Origin: Candidatus Aenigmatarchaeota archaeon
GTDB lineage: Archaea; Aenigmatarchaeota; Aenigmatarchaeia; Aenigmatarchaeales; Aenigmatarchaeaceae
DNA length: 16,850 nt
Assembly: GCA_043814985.1 (NCBI GenBank)
Contig: JBDRJK010000005.1
Location: forward strand, 1-16,850
Reading direction: 5' to 3'
How positions within the stretch are numbered: position 1 is the stretch's first letter; every line of letters begins with the position of its first letter. The notes beneath the pieces are model-generated. The model did not search any database. It was not told the DNA's origin and saw nothing but the letters and a program-made list of their open reading frames with translations. The translations under genes were made by a program, and so were the position numbers. Below are positions 1-7,228 of the stretch, in pieces.

Positions 1-28
1 TTATAAAAATAAAAAAAGGTGAAAAAAA

Positions 29-67
29 GTGGCAAAAAAGAAGAAAGCAGCAAAAGCAAAGAAATAG
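29..67 (+). CDS. Putative 12-aa basic micropeptide MAKKKKAAKAKK
   Basis: GTG at 29 is preceded by AGGTGA SD (17-22). An in-frame TGA at 20-22 shows it is not the tail of a longer ORF in this frame. TAG at 65-67 is followed by T-tracts and a hairpin. Confidence 0.5.
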   Translation: MAKKKKAAKAKK

Positions 68-123
68 TTTTTTAACTACTGAAAATTTTTATTTTGGGTG
101 CCTTTTTGCACCCGCTCATTTTT
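68..123 (+). terminator. T-tracts plus GC hairpin (GGGTGC-CTTTTT-GCACCC)
   Basis: Perfect 6-bp stem 96-101/108-113 flanked by oligo-T runs directly after the micro-ORF. Confidence 0.5.
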
Positions 124-192
124 CAACCTAACTTCTAAAAACCCTTTACCATTGCATAAAAGTTTATGTACTAAAAAATTAGTACAATTCTT

Positions 193-849
193 ATGGACAA
201 GGCAAAAATGATCCTCAAATACATAGAGAAAACCTACGGCAGTGACATTGACAACTCCAAACTTAGGAACCAGGGATTATTCGAACTGCTCATAGGGACA
301 ATCCTTTCCCAAAGGTCTAGGGACGAGAACACTGCCAAGGCTGCTGAAAGACTATTTGAAGTTGCAAGGACGCCTGAACAGTTAATTAAATTGCCTGCTA
401 AAAAGATGCATAGTCTGATAAGAATTTCTGGACCTTACAAACAAAAGACTAAGAAAATAAAAATGACTTCAAAAGCAATTCTAAAGAAATACAAAGGAAA
501 GGTTCCCAATACAAGAAAAGAACTAATGAGCCTTTACGGGGTTGGTTACAAGACAGCTGACATTGTTCTCATGTACGGTTTCAACATACCGTCAATAGCC
601 ATTGATACACACTGCAATAGAGTTCCTAAAAGGCTAGGTTTGATTGACAAGAAGGCTAGTGTTGAGCAAGTCAAAGAAAAGCTAGAGAGCTTGTTTCCAA
701 GGAAGAAGTGGTACTTGATAAACCTGGGTCTTGTCAGCTTCGGGAAACAAATATGCAAGCCAGTAAACCCTTTGTGTATTAAGGATCCAAAGAACTGTCC
801 CTTCTCAAAATTCTGCAAGGCCTACAAGACCAAGAAATTCAAGGTTTGA
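193..849 (+). CDS. nth: Endonuclease III (HhH-GPD DNA glycosylase/AP lyase)
   Basis: LIGTILSQRS, HhH motif LYGVGYKTA with catalytic Lys, IDTHCNRV with catalytic Asp, four-Cys C-terminal Fe-S motif. Confidence 0.93.
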   Translation: MDKAKMILKYIEKTYGSDIDNSKLRNQGLFELLIGTILSQRSRDENTAKAAERLFEVARTPEQLIKLPAKKMHSLIRISGPYKQKTKKIKMTSKAILKKYKGKVPNTRKELMSLYGVGYKTADIVLMYGFNIPSIAIDTHCNRVPKRLGLIDKKASVEQVKEKLESLFPRKKWYLINLGLVSFGKQICKPVNPLCIKDPKNCPFSKFCKAYKTKKFKV

Positions 850-1036
850 ATTCTTCTATCAGAACAGTATCGCCTTTGTTGATAAATTTAATACCTTCTT
901 TGGTTTCTAACTTAACCCAATCATCAGATCCTTTGAGGATCCCTATGTATTTTATTGTTACATTTCCCAAGAGTACAACAACTCTTACTTCCTTGCCTAT
1001 CAGACTGACTTTCTTAGCCTTCTTCTTTTTTACCAT
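839..1036 (-). CDS. Small Sm/LSm-fold-like protein with Lys-rich N-terminus
   Basis: LIGKEVRV...YIGILKGSDDWVKLE...FINKGDTVLIE resembles the Sm1/Sm2 beta-strand pattern. 65 aa; convergent overlap with nth. Confidence 0.55.
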   Translation of the reverse strand: MVKKKKAKKVSLIGKEVRVVVLLGNVTIKYIGILKGSDDWVKLETKEGIKFINKGDTVLIEEFKP

Positions 1037-1073
1037 AAACTATTATTGTTTTAGGTTTTTAAAAAATAAAAAA

Positions 1074-1514
1074 TCAGGCAGGAAGTACGTCTATACTGAA
1101 GCTATAGTTTCCTAGTTCTGCATACGGTTGGAATCTGTGCTCTATGTAGAAGTAGAGATCGTCTTCTGGAATTGTTATTGGGTTAGTCAGAGTTATATTC
1201 TTACCCTCATTCACTATTGAGAATTTCAGGTCTTCTTCATTTCCAGCACTATCAGGCAATATTTCAAACACAACACTAACATTGACCTCTTCACCCATGC
1301 TATTCTTGAGCTTTATTTTTGGGGAGTAGACGGTCTCACCTTGGTGCACGGCCTTCAGGTCATAAGTTTCATCATTTGAAGAACCGTATATGTCTGTTGT
1401 TATGCCCTGCTCAACTGTCGCGTAACCTGTTATTGAACCATAGCTTGAAATAACTGCTCCTGCCAAAGCAGCTATTGTCAATATGCCCACTAAGACTAAG
1501 ATTTTTGCCTTCAT
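1074..1514 (-). CDS. Exported/surface beta-rich protein of unknown function
   Basis: Likely start ATG 1514 (MKAKILVLVGILTIAALAGA is a signal peptide or anchor). Acidic beta-rich body with N-glycosylation sequons NVS, NIT and NYS. Confidence 0.7.
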   Translation of the reverse strand: MKAKILVLVGILTIAALAGAVISSYGSITGYATVEQGITTDIYGSSNDETYDLKAVHQGETVYSPKIKLKNSMGEEVNVSVVFEILPDSAGNEEDLKFSIVNEGKNITLTNPITIPEDDLYFYIEHRFQPYAELGNYSFSIDVLPA

Positions 1515-1571
1515 AACATTTCTAAGAACAGACCAAGACAAATTACTCCTTGACAACTAGGAGTGGTAAAA

Positions 1572-2930
1572 CTATTTTCTCTTCAAAACCTTTCCATACT
1601 CATAAAGAACTTTCAATGCCTTGACAGCCCTTTCAGGTGTTGGATAGACGGGAACTCCGTACATTTCCAACTTCCTGTTTCTCTCCAGAACATAGTCGCT
1701 TCCAGCAGAGCATACCACAAATGGCTTTCCATGAGCTTTGGCATCCCTCAGCACGCCTACAATGTCGTCTGTCAAAGTCGGTATCTGCATCAGGGCAATG
1801 ACAACAACCCCGGATACATTCTTATCCTTTAGAACAACATCAAGTGCTTTCTGGTACCTTTCAACAGTTGCGTCGCCTGTAAGGTCAACTGGATTCTTTG
1901 CTATGCCGTATTGAGGTAGGATTTTCTTCAATGCCTTTACAGAACTGTCCTCGAACTGAGGAAGTTCAAGTCCGCATTTGACAGCTGCGTCAGTAGCTAC
2001 TATGCCAAAGCCGCCACCATCAGTCACAATGGCTATCTTGTTGTCTTTCAGTACTGTCTGATTGGCCAAAACCTTTGAAAAGTCAAATATCTCTTCTGAT
2101 GACTCGGCTTCTATTATTCCAGCCTGCTTGAAAGCAGCAGAGTAAATCTTGGCCTCGCCTGCTAGGGCTCCTGTATGCGAAGCAACAGCCTCGCTTCCCT
2201 TTGCTGTCTTGCCAGCCTTGAAAACAACAATAGGCTTTTTCTTTACAACTCTTTTGGCTGTTTTTATGAACTCGTTACCGTCAGAAATCGATTCTAGGTA
2301 AATAGCAATGCAGCGGGTCTTCAAATCCTTTTCTAGATAGTTGATAAGGTCTATCTCGTTCACATCTATCTTGTTGCCTATGGATATAAACTTTGAGACC
2401 CCTACACCATTATAAGCCATCGTATCTAATAAAATAGATCCGAATGCTCCAGACTGTGTTATAAATGAGATAGAACCTACTGGAGGTCTTTTTAGCCTCT
2501 TTCTAGGGAAGAATATCATGTCTAAATCCTTTTTATATACCCCTATACAGTTGGGTCCTATAACACGCATTTTGCTCTTATTAATTATGTCTTTAAGCTC
2601 TAATTCTCTTTCTTTTTCTCCTATCTCTGAATAACCTGAAGATATTATGATAATAGACCTTATTTTCTTCTTTTTACACTCTAAAAGAACATCCTTAACT
2701 ATTTCAACAGGCACCACTATTATGCCAAGGTCAATAGGCTCCTCAACATCCAAGACAGATGAATAAGACGTTAAACCCAATATCTCTCCTGCATTGGGGT
2801 TTATAGGGTATAATTTTTCCTTAAAAGAGTATTTAAGGTTTTCTAGAATAGTAAAGCCTATTTTTTCTGGTGTTCTGCTTGCACCAATAACAGCTATAGA
2901 ACTCGGGTTAAAGAATTTCTCCAATGTCAT
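1572..2930 (-). CDS. acdA: Acetate/acyl-CoA ligase (ADP-forming) alpha subunit
   Basis: FFNPSSIAVIGAS CoA-binding start, IGPNCIG, TQSGA, SIGNK, phosphohistidine motif ASHTGALAG, NPVDLTGDA. Confidence 0.95.
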   Translation of the reverse strand: MTLEKFFNPSSIAVIGASRTPEKIGFTILENLKYSFKEKLYPINPNAGEILGLTSYSSVLDVEEPIDLGIIVVPVEIVKDVLLECKKKKIRSIIIISSGYSEIGEKERELELKDIINKSKMRVIGPNCIGVYKKDLDMIFFPRKRLKRPPVGSISFITQSGAFGSILLDTMAYNGVGVSKFISIGNKIDVNEIDLINYLEKDLKTRCIAIYLESISDGNEFIKTAKRVVKKKPIVVFKAGKTAKGSEAVASHTGALAGEAKIYSAAFKQAGIIEAESSEEIFDFSKVLANQTVLKDNKIAIVTDGGGFGIVATDAAVKCGLELPQFEDSSVKALKKILPQYGIAKNPVDLTGDATVERYQKALDVVLKDKNVSGVVVIALMQIPTLTDDIVGVLRDAKAHGKPFVVCSAGSDYVLERNRKLEMYGVPVYPTPERAVKALKVLYEYGKVLKRK

Positions 2931-2974
2931 GGCTACTTATATGGGTTTCTTTGTATTTATTATTATTTGTGTGC

Positions 2975-3232
2975 TTATTCAATTACTTTGAAGACCTTGG
3001 CTCCCTTACTTGTGCTTTCAGCGACTTTCATGCCTATTGCATCTCCTGCCTTTGCTTCTTGGATGTTTTCATGCTCCATTTGCATCGAGTCAACAACCTG
3101 CTCAAAGGAACCAGACTCTCTCTCAATAGATATCTTGTCCCCAACCTTGAGAGTGCCTTCCAATTCTAACACAGCAACTGATATCTTCGGATAGAAGTGT
3201 ATTATATTGCCAATTAATTTTTTTTCAACCAT
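2975..3232 (-). CDS. Small beta-barrel protein (translation elongation factor domain II-like / U32 C-terminal-like)
   Basis: Start ATG 3232 with AGGTGA SD. The 85-aa sequence IGNIIHFYPKISVAV..LKVGDKI..SMQ..A.AGD.IG.KV is typical of this family. Confidence 0.8.
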   Translation of the reverse strand: MVEKKLIGNIIHFYPKISVAVLELEGTLKVGDKISIERESGSFEQVVDSMQMEHENIQEAKAGDAIGMKVAESTSKGAKVFKVIE

Positions 3233-3323
3233 CAATTCACCTAAAAATATTAGATGATTGAAATATAAAAATCTATTCAGGTTCCAGAAAAGGTTAAATA
3301 CATGTGGACAGCATTTCTTTTCT

Positions 3324-3515
3324 ATGGAAGACACTTTCTTCGATGATGAATTTGTCAAAAGCAGCAAAATTGTTTCTTGCCCATGTTGCAAAAAGCAGTT
3401 CAAAGTGGATCTTAACAACACGGAGGTCTTTTGCAATGGATGTGGGGAACATTTTGAAGAGAAACTAAATGGAATTTCTGAAGATTTTGTATGGCACCCG
3501 ACCCAGAAGTATTGA
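3324..3515 (+). CDS. Small zinc-ribbon protein (CPCC...CNGC)
   Basis: Two CxxC motifs. ATG 3324 lies about 30 nt after GTTAAATA (3293-3300), consistent with a leaderless transcript. Confidence 0.65.
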   Translation: MEDTFFDDEFVKSSKIVSCPCCKKQFKVDLNNTEVFCNGCGEHFEEKLNGISEDFVWHPTQKY

Positions 3516-3554
3516 CCAAAAAAGGGGGTTGAAATCCTCCAGAAGAATTATTTT

Positions 3555-4412
3555 TTATTCTAGAATTATTCTAACATCCGTGGCTATGGCTTTTGTCGGT
3601 GTTGCGAACATAGGATTGATGTCAAGTTCCTTTATTTTGGGATATCTTTCCATTATCTTAGAAACAGCCAAAATGGCATCCACTATTGATTCTGGGTTGG
3701 CTGGCTTTTTCCCTCTAAACCCTTTTAATAACACACTGGAGAATTTGACTTCTCTCAACATTTCTTCTGCATCCATTCTGCTTAATGGAACAATCCTGAA
3801 ACTAACATCCTTTAGAAGTTCTGTGAAAATCCCGCCAGCACCCAGGGCAACCACCCTGCTGAACTGTGGGTCCTTCTTGCCGCCGACTATTATCTCATAG
3901 CCCTCTTCAACCATTTTCTGGACCAGAACCTTTTCAGAACCCTTGATTTTGATAAGTTCGTTGAAATTCTTTCTTGCCTCTTCTTCATTGGTTATGTTGG
4001 TCCTCACGCCGCTGACGTCTGTCTTGTGAATAATCTCTCCTGAAACTTTCATGACGCAAGGATAGCCCACTTTTTTCAAAGCAATTTCCAATTCTTTCTC
4101 GTTTTTGCAGAAATCATAATCAGGAACCTTTATTCTGAATCTTTTCAAAATTTCAAATGCCTTTTCATCAGGCATCTTGTTAAATGAAGGCTTGATTATT
4201 TCGGGCTTCTCAACTTTCTTAACCATTATTTTTTTGGGTTTAACTTTAGGCTTGATTTTTTTAACTGTTTTCATCTTTTTTACCCTTCTTTTAATCTTAG
4301 GTCTTACTCTTCTGACCTTTTTAACCTTTTTCTTTATGCTTCTCTTAACCTTTTTCGGTTTTTTAGCCATTTTCCTTGGTGCACGCTTTTTCGACCTTCC
4401 AAATAAACCCAT
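3555..4412 (-). CDS. acdB: Acetate/acyl-CoA ligase (ADP-forming) beta subunit (ATP-grasp) with basic N-terminal extension
   Basis: GYPCVMKV, IIHKTDVSGV, VLVQKMV, EIIVG..DPQF, GAGGIFTELLKD, ELDINP. Likely start ATG 4412 behind a GGTGA SD. Confidence 0.92.
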   Translation of the reverse strand: MGLFGRSKKRAPRKMAKKPKKVKRSIKKKVKKVRRVRPKIKRRVKKMKTVKKIKPKVKPKKIMVKKVEKPEIIKPSFNKMPDEKAFEILKRFRIKVPDYDFCKNEKELEIALKKVGYPCVMKVSGEIIHKTDVSGVRTNITNEEEARKNFNELIKIKGSEKVLVQKMVEEGYEIIVGGKKDPQFSRVVALGAGGIFTELLKDVSFRIVPLSRMDAEEMLREVKFSSVLLKGFRGKKPANPESIVDAILAVSKIMERYPKIKELDINPMFATPTKAIATDVRIILE

Positions 4413-4416
4413 CAAA

Positions 4417-4758
4417 CTAATCACCACCTACTATATTCTTTTCCAGCCATGATTCAAATAGTTTTGCCAATTCCTCCTTTTTATAGTCTCTCCAGTTCTC
4501 AGCAATACCTGTCAAGACGTCCTTTAGGAGCTCCTCGTCAACCTCGTCCCACAATTTCCTTGATTTCATAACCTTGATAAGCTTTTCAAAGAAGTTCAGG
4601 TAGAACTCTATTTTTTTCTTGTCCTTAAGGGTTGATATTATAAGCAGAACCTCAAACAGCTCCTCCTTGAACTTGGTCATGTCTATTTCATGAGCAAGCT
4701 CTGAGAGCTTGTTCTCTATGGATTCCAATCTTTTTGAAATATCAATATTTTCAGACAT
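4417..4758 (-). CDS. Hypothetical helical/coiled-coil protein
   Basis: 113-aa ORF whose start overlaps the upstream stop and whose end contains the acdB SD. Confidence 0.75.
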   Translation of the reverse strand: MSENIDISKRLESIENKLSELAHEIDMTKFKEELFEVLLIISTLKDKKKIEFYLNFFEKLIKVMKSRKLWDEVDEELLKDVLTGIAENWRDYKKEELAKLFESWLEKNIVGGD

Positions 4759-5432
4759 TATTTACCACGTTTCTTTTGTTTCTTCTTTTTGGATTTCTTC
4801 TCTAACCTTTTTTCTATTGCTTCTATCTTTTCTAGGATAACCTTTTCTGTTTCGTACAATTTCTCTTCCTTTTCGGTTTTACTAGACAACTGGTGCAGCT
4901 TGCCTTCCAAAAACTTGAGCTTCTCATTCACATACATGCTTGAGGGTTTTGCCTCCTCAGACCTCTTGGATGCCATTCTGGATATTCTATCCTGGAGCGA
5001 TTTCAGCTCATTCACAATGTCAGCATACTCTGGGGACCCTATTTCTTCAGTTTCTTCATACTGTCCTACACTCTCCTCAGGTATTTTACTGTGCTTCAAT
5101 TTAGGCATCATCCTCTGTTTGATGGGCTTCCCAGGTATTATCCTGGTGTCAATCTCTATATCTTTCACATTCTCGGCTTCAACCTCTTCTGAGGTCAGTT
5201 CCTTAATTACCACTTCAGGCTCCCCAAAAACAGGATATTTAAGGTCCACAATGCCTTTGTCCTCAAGCGTAAACACCCATTCGTCTAACTGCTTTTGTGT
5301 AACTTTAAGGATTTTAGCAGCCTCGCTTATTCTGATTCTTTTCCTTTTTCTAAGAAGTTTAATGAGTTTGTCTATTGCCGTTTCTATGAAAAACTCAACC
5401 ATAGAATTTATCTGTATTTTCTTACTTATCAA
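4758..5432 (-). CDS. Hypothetical protein with N-terminal winged-HTH-like domain, coiled coil and Lys-rich tail
   Basis: IRISEAAKILKVTQKQLDEWVFTLEDKGIVDL resembles a wHTH; heptad-like C-terminal half. Start is TTG 5432 or ATG 5402. Confidence 0.75.
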   Translation of the reverse strand: MISKKIQINSMVEFFIETAIDKLIKLLRKRKRIRISEAAKILKVTQKQLDEWVFTLEDKGIVDLKYPVFGEPEVVIKELTSEEVEAENVKDIEIDTRIIPGKPIKQRMMPKLKHSKIPEESVGQYEETEEIGSPEYADIVNELKSLQDRISRMASKRSEEAKPSSMYVNEKLKFLEGKLHQLSSKTEKEEKLYETEKVILEKIEAIEKRLEKKSKKKKQKKRGK

Positions 5433-5460
5433 TTTATTCCAAATCAGTAGCCTTAACCAA

Positions 5461-5471
5461 TTTAAATTTAA
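5461..5471. promoter_or_regulatory. Bidirectional TATA-like box (TTTAAATTTAA)
   Basis: Lies about 28-30 nt from both divergent starts (5432 minus, 5489 plus). Confidence 0.45.
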
Positions 5472-5488
5472 GAGACTAAACTATAGTT

Positions 5489-6211
5489 ATGGACTTTGAG
5501 ATGATTGGCATTCTTTTGGACAGGAAGATTTTCGGAAGAGGTTCTCATAATGCCCCATTGGAAATCAGGAGGATTTTCCCTAGAATGGAGACTTTCATCA
5601 ATGGAATAGATTTGGAGGAGCACGGTTTGGTTGATGTGGGGAACATTCTACCCAAGAATTATGACAAGATGATTATTGAGGCAAAAGTAAGGATAGATGG
5701 CAAATTCCCTGTTATCATTGGTGGGGACCATTCAATATCATATGTTGGTGTTAAAACAGTAAAACCCAAGGTTTTTGTCAGTTTTGATGCACATCCTGAT
5801 TGCGAGCCCGGAGAATTGAAGTTTGACTCTGTTACTCGCAAGATAGCCGAGGAAGGCTTCAAAACAGTCTTGTATGGGGTCAGGTCATCCTCGAAGAAAG
5901 AAACAGAATTCATTAAAGCCAAGAAAATAAAGATTGCAAGCTTGGAGGATATGAAAAAGATAAACGAGCCAACCTACCTGTCAATAGACTTTGATGTTCT
6001 TGACTCTTCAATAATGCCTGCTGTCAGCAACCCTGAGCCGGACGGTCTGACCTTCAAGGAAGTGATGGACGGAGTAAGGGCTCTAGCGAAGAATCTCGTG
6101 GCAATAGATTTTGTAGAATTTGTTCCAACAAAAAATACCACTCATACCCTGATGGCAGGAAAATTAATATACCATTCCCTAGCCGAGATTGTCAAGGCTA
6201 AACTTCAGTAG
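5489..6211 (+). CDS. Arginase/agmatinase-family ureohydrolase
   Basis: Metal-binding motifs GGDHS, DAHPD, SIDFDVLD, plus PEPDGL and DFVEFVP. Short at 240 aa. Confidence 0.88.
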   Translation: MDFEMIGILLDRKIFGRGSHNAPLEIRRIFPRMETFINGIDLEEHGLVDVGNILPKNYDKMIIEAKVRIDGKFPVIIGGDHSISYVGVKTVKPKVFVSFDAHPDCEPGELKFDSVTRKIAEEGFKTVLYGVRSSSKKETEFIKAKKIKIASLEDMKKINEPTYLSIDFDVLDSSIMPAVSNPEPDGLTFKEVMDGVRALAKNLVAIDFVEFVPTKNTTHTLMAGKLIYHSLAEIVKAKLQ

Positions 6212-6494
6212 ATTCGAAATTCTCAGGTGCGGCTTCTGGCATTGTAGGTGTTATGTGCTTTATTATGACAACGTCTCCCACACTGGTAACCAGTTGATAT
6301 GGGACTACAACACCTTTCTTGCCGCCAACCATGTCTGCCAAAAACGAGCCCTTTCCAGTCTGGATTACCAAAGCATTGATTCTGAACTTTGACAGGTTGA
6401 CTTCAATGTCAGCTACCCTTCCACAGAAAACTCCCCTGTTGGTAAAGACATCCTTGCCAAATACCTCTGAAAGATTTTTTACTGTTACGACCAT
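6198..6494 (-). CDS. PRC-barrel domain protein (CdpB-like, candidate FtsZ/SepF-associated division protein)
   Basis: LSEVFGKDVFTNRG..GRVADI and VVVPYQLVTSVGDVVII match archaeal PRC-barrels. GGAGG SD upstream. Confidence 0.85.
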   Translation of the reverse strand: MVVTVKNLSEVFGKDVFTNRGVFCGRVADIEVNLSKFRINALVIQTGKGSFLADMVGGKKGVVVPYQLVTSVGDVVIIKHITPTMPEAAPENFESTEV

Positions 6495-6534
6495 TATAAT
6501 TCCTCCAATTGATAATAATAAATTACATCGTAAA

Positions 6535-6542
6535 TATATAAA
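6535..6542. promoter_or_regulatory. TATA box (TATATAAA), probably the original tRNA-operon promoter and possibly bidirectional
   Basis: Begins 30 nt upstream of GCCGAGAT at 6565. The TATA-to-tRNA spacing is 33 nt for tRNA-Glu and 32 nt for tRNA-Leu in this window. Confidence 0.6.
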
Positions 6543-6564
6543 TTCCTATCAGATGTTTTAATTA

Positions 6565-7221
6565 GCCGAGATATTCTATGGAGAGTTTAAAAACAGTCGT
6601 GATGTCTGAAATCTGTGGCATATTTGCTGGAGATGGCACTTTATATAAGACAAATAGAAGCTTCGTTCTTGAGGTTAGGGGAGGAAAAGATGAAAAACTG
6701 TATTATGAAAATGTAGTAAAAACACTATTTGGAACAGCCTTTGATAAAAAATTAACAGTACTAAAAAGGTGCTATAATGGTGGCTATACACTTGGAATAA
6801 GAATTTGTGGCAATTTTGTTATGAACATTTTTCATAATTCTTTTGGTTTTCCTATAGGTAAAAAATCAAATATAGTAGAAGTTCCAAATTTTGTATTAAA
6901 ATCAAACGATCTTGAAATTTGGGCAGGTTATCTAAGAGGTGTGTTTGATACAGACGGTTCGATTTACTTGAAAAAGACCGGAAAAGGTAATAAATACAGA
7001 CAGCCAGTTATATCCTTCACTTCAGTTTCCCATATCCACCTACTTCAGATAAAGGAATTGTTAGATAGAATGGGATTTAATTGTTGGATAGAAAAGACTA
7101 ATTTCAGAGTTAGACTTTGTGGTTGGTCTACAATTGAAAGATTTTTAAAACTTGTAAAACCTAATAATCAAAGGCATTGGACACGAATTAAACAAAAGAT
7201 GCCAAGACTTTATGCCGAGAT
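6565..7221 (+). mobile_element. Putative free-standing homing-endonuclease insertion bounded by 8-bp direct repeat GCCGAGAT (6565-6572, 7214-7221)
   Basis: The repeat equals nt 1-8 of tRNA-Ser. The interval contains only a 5-nt spacer plus the LAGLIDADG ORF and is visibly more AT-rich than neighbouring housekeeping genes. Confidence 0.65.
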
Positions 7222-7228
7222 CGCATAA
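6578..7228 (+). CDS. Two-motif LAGLIDADG homing endonuclease family protein
   Basis: Motif 1 EICGIFAGDGTL, motif 2 GYLRGVFDTDGSI, basic beta-strand DNA-binding segments. No intein splicing motifs. Stop codon is inside tRNA-Ser. Confidence 0.92.
   Translation: MESLKTVVMSEICGIFAGDGTLYKTNRSFVLEVRGGKDEKLYYENVVKTLFGTAFDKKLTVLKRCYNGGYTLGIRICGNFVMNIFHNSFGFPIGKKSNIVEVPNFVLKSNDLEIWAGYLRGVFDTDGSIYLKKTGKGNKYRQPVISFTSVSHIHLLQIKELLDRMGFNCWIEKTNFRVRLCGWSTIERFLKLVKPNNQRHWTRIKQKMPRLYAEIA

Noticed and set aside
3233..3436. N-terminal extensions in the ORF track (2975..3436, 7639, 15388, 1556)
   Set aside because: Internal starts with SD or leaderless promoter geometry fit family lengths better.
4177..4452. 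Very hydrophobic 91-aa plus-strand ORF resembling a membrane protein
   Set aside because: Antisense shadow of the Lys-rich acdB extension (AAA/AAG read as TTT/CTT).
4789..5499. 236-aa Ser/Phe/Leu-rich plus-strand ORF and other antisense ORFs in the track
   Set aside because: Shadow frames of confidently assigned genes on the opposite strand.
6180..6189. Third copy TAGCCGAGAT matching 6563-6572
   Set aside because: Lies in the ureohydrolase coding frame (L-A-E-I) with no promoter or tRNA context; probably chance.
6573..7221. LAGLIDADG ORF as a large BHB intron of tRNA-Ser
   Set aside because: No 4-bp central helix forms at the cut registers tested within the GCCGAGAT repeat, and the downstream tRNA is complete without splicing here.
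6578..7228. Intein fragment
   Set aside because: No host protein, no N-terminal Cys/Ser block and no C-terminal His-Asn.
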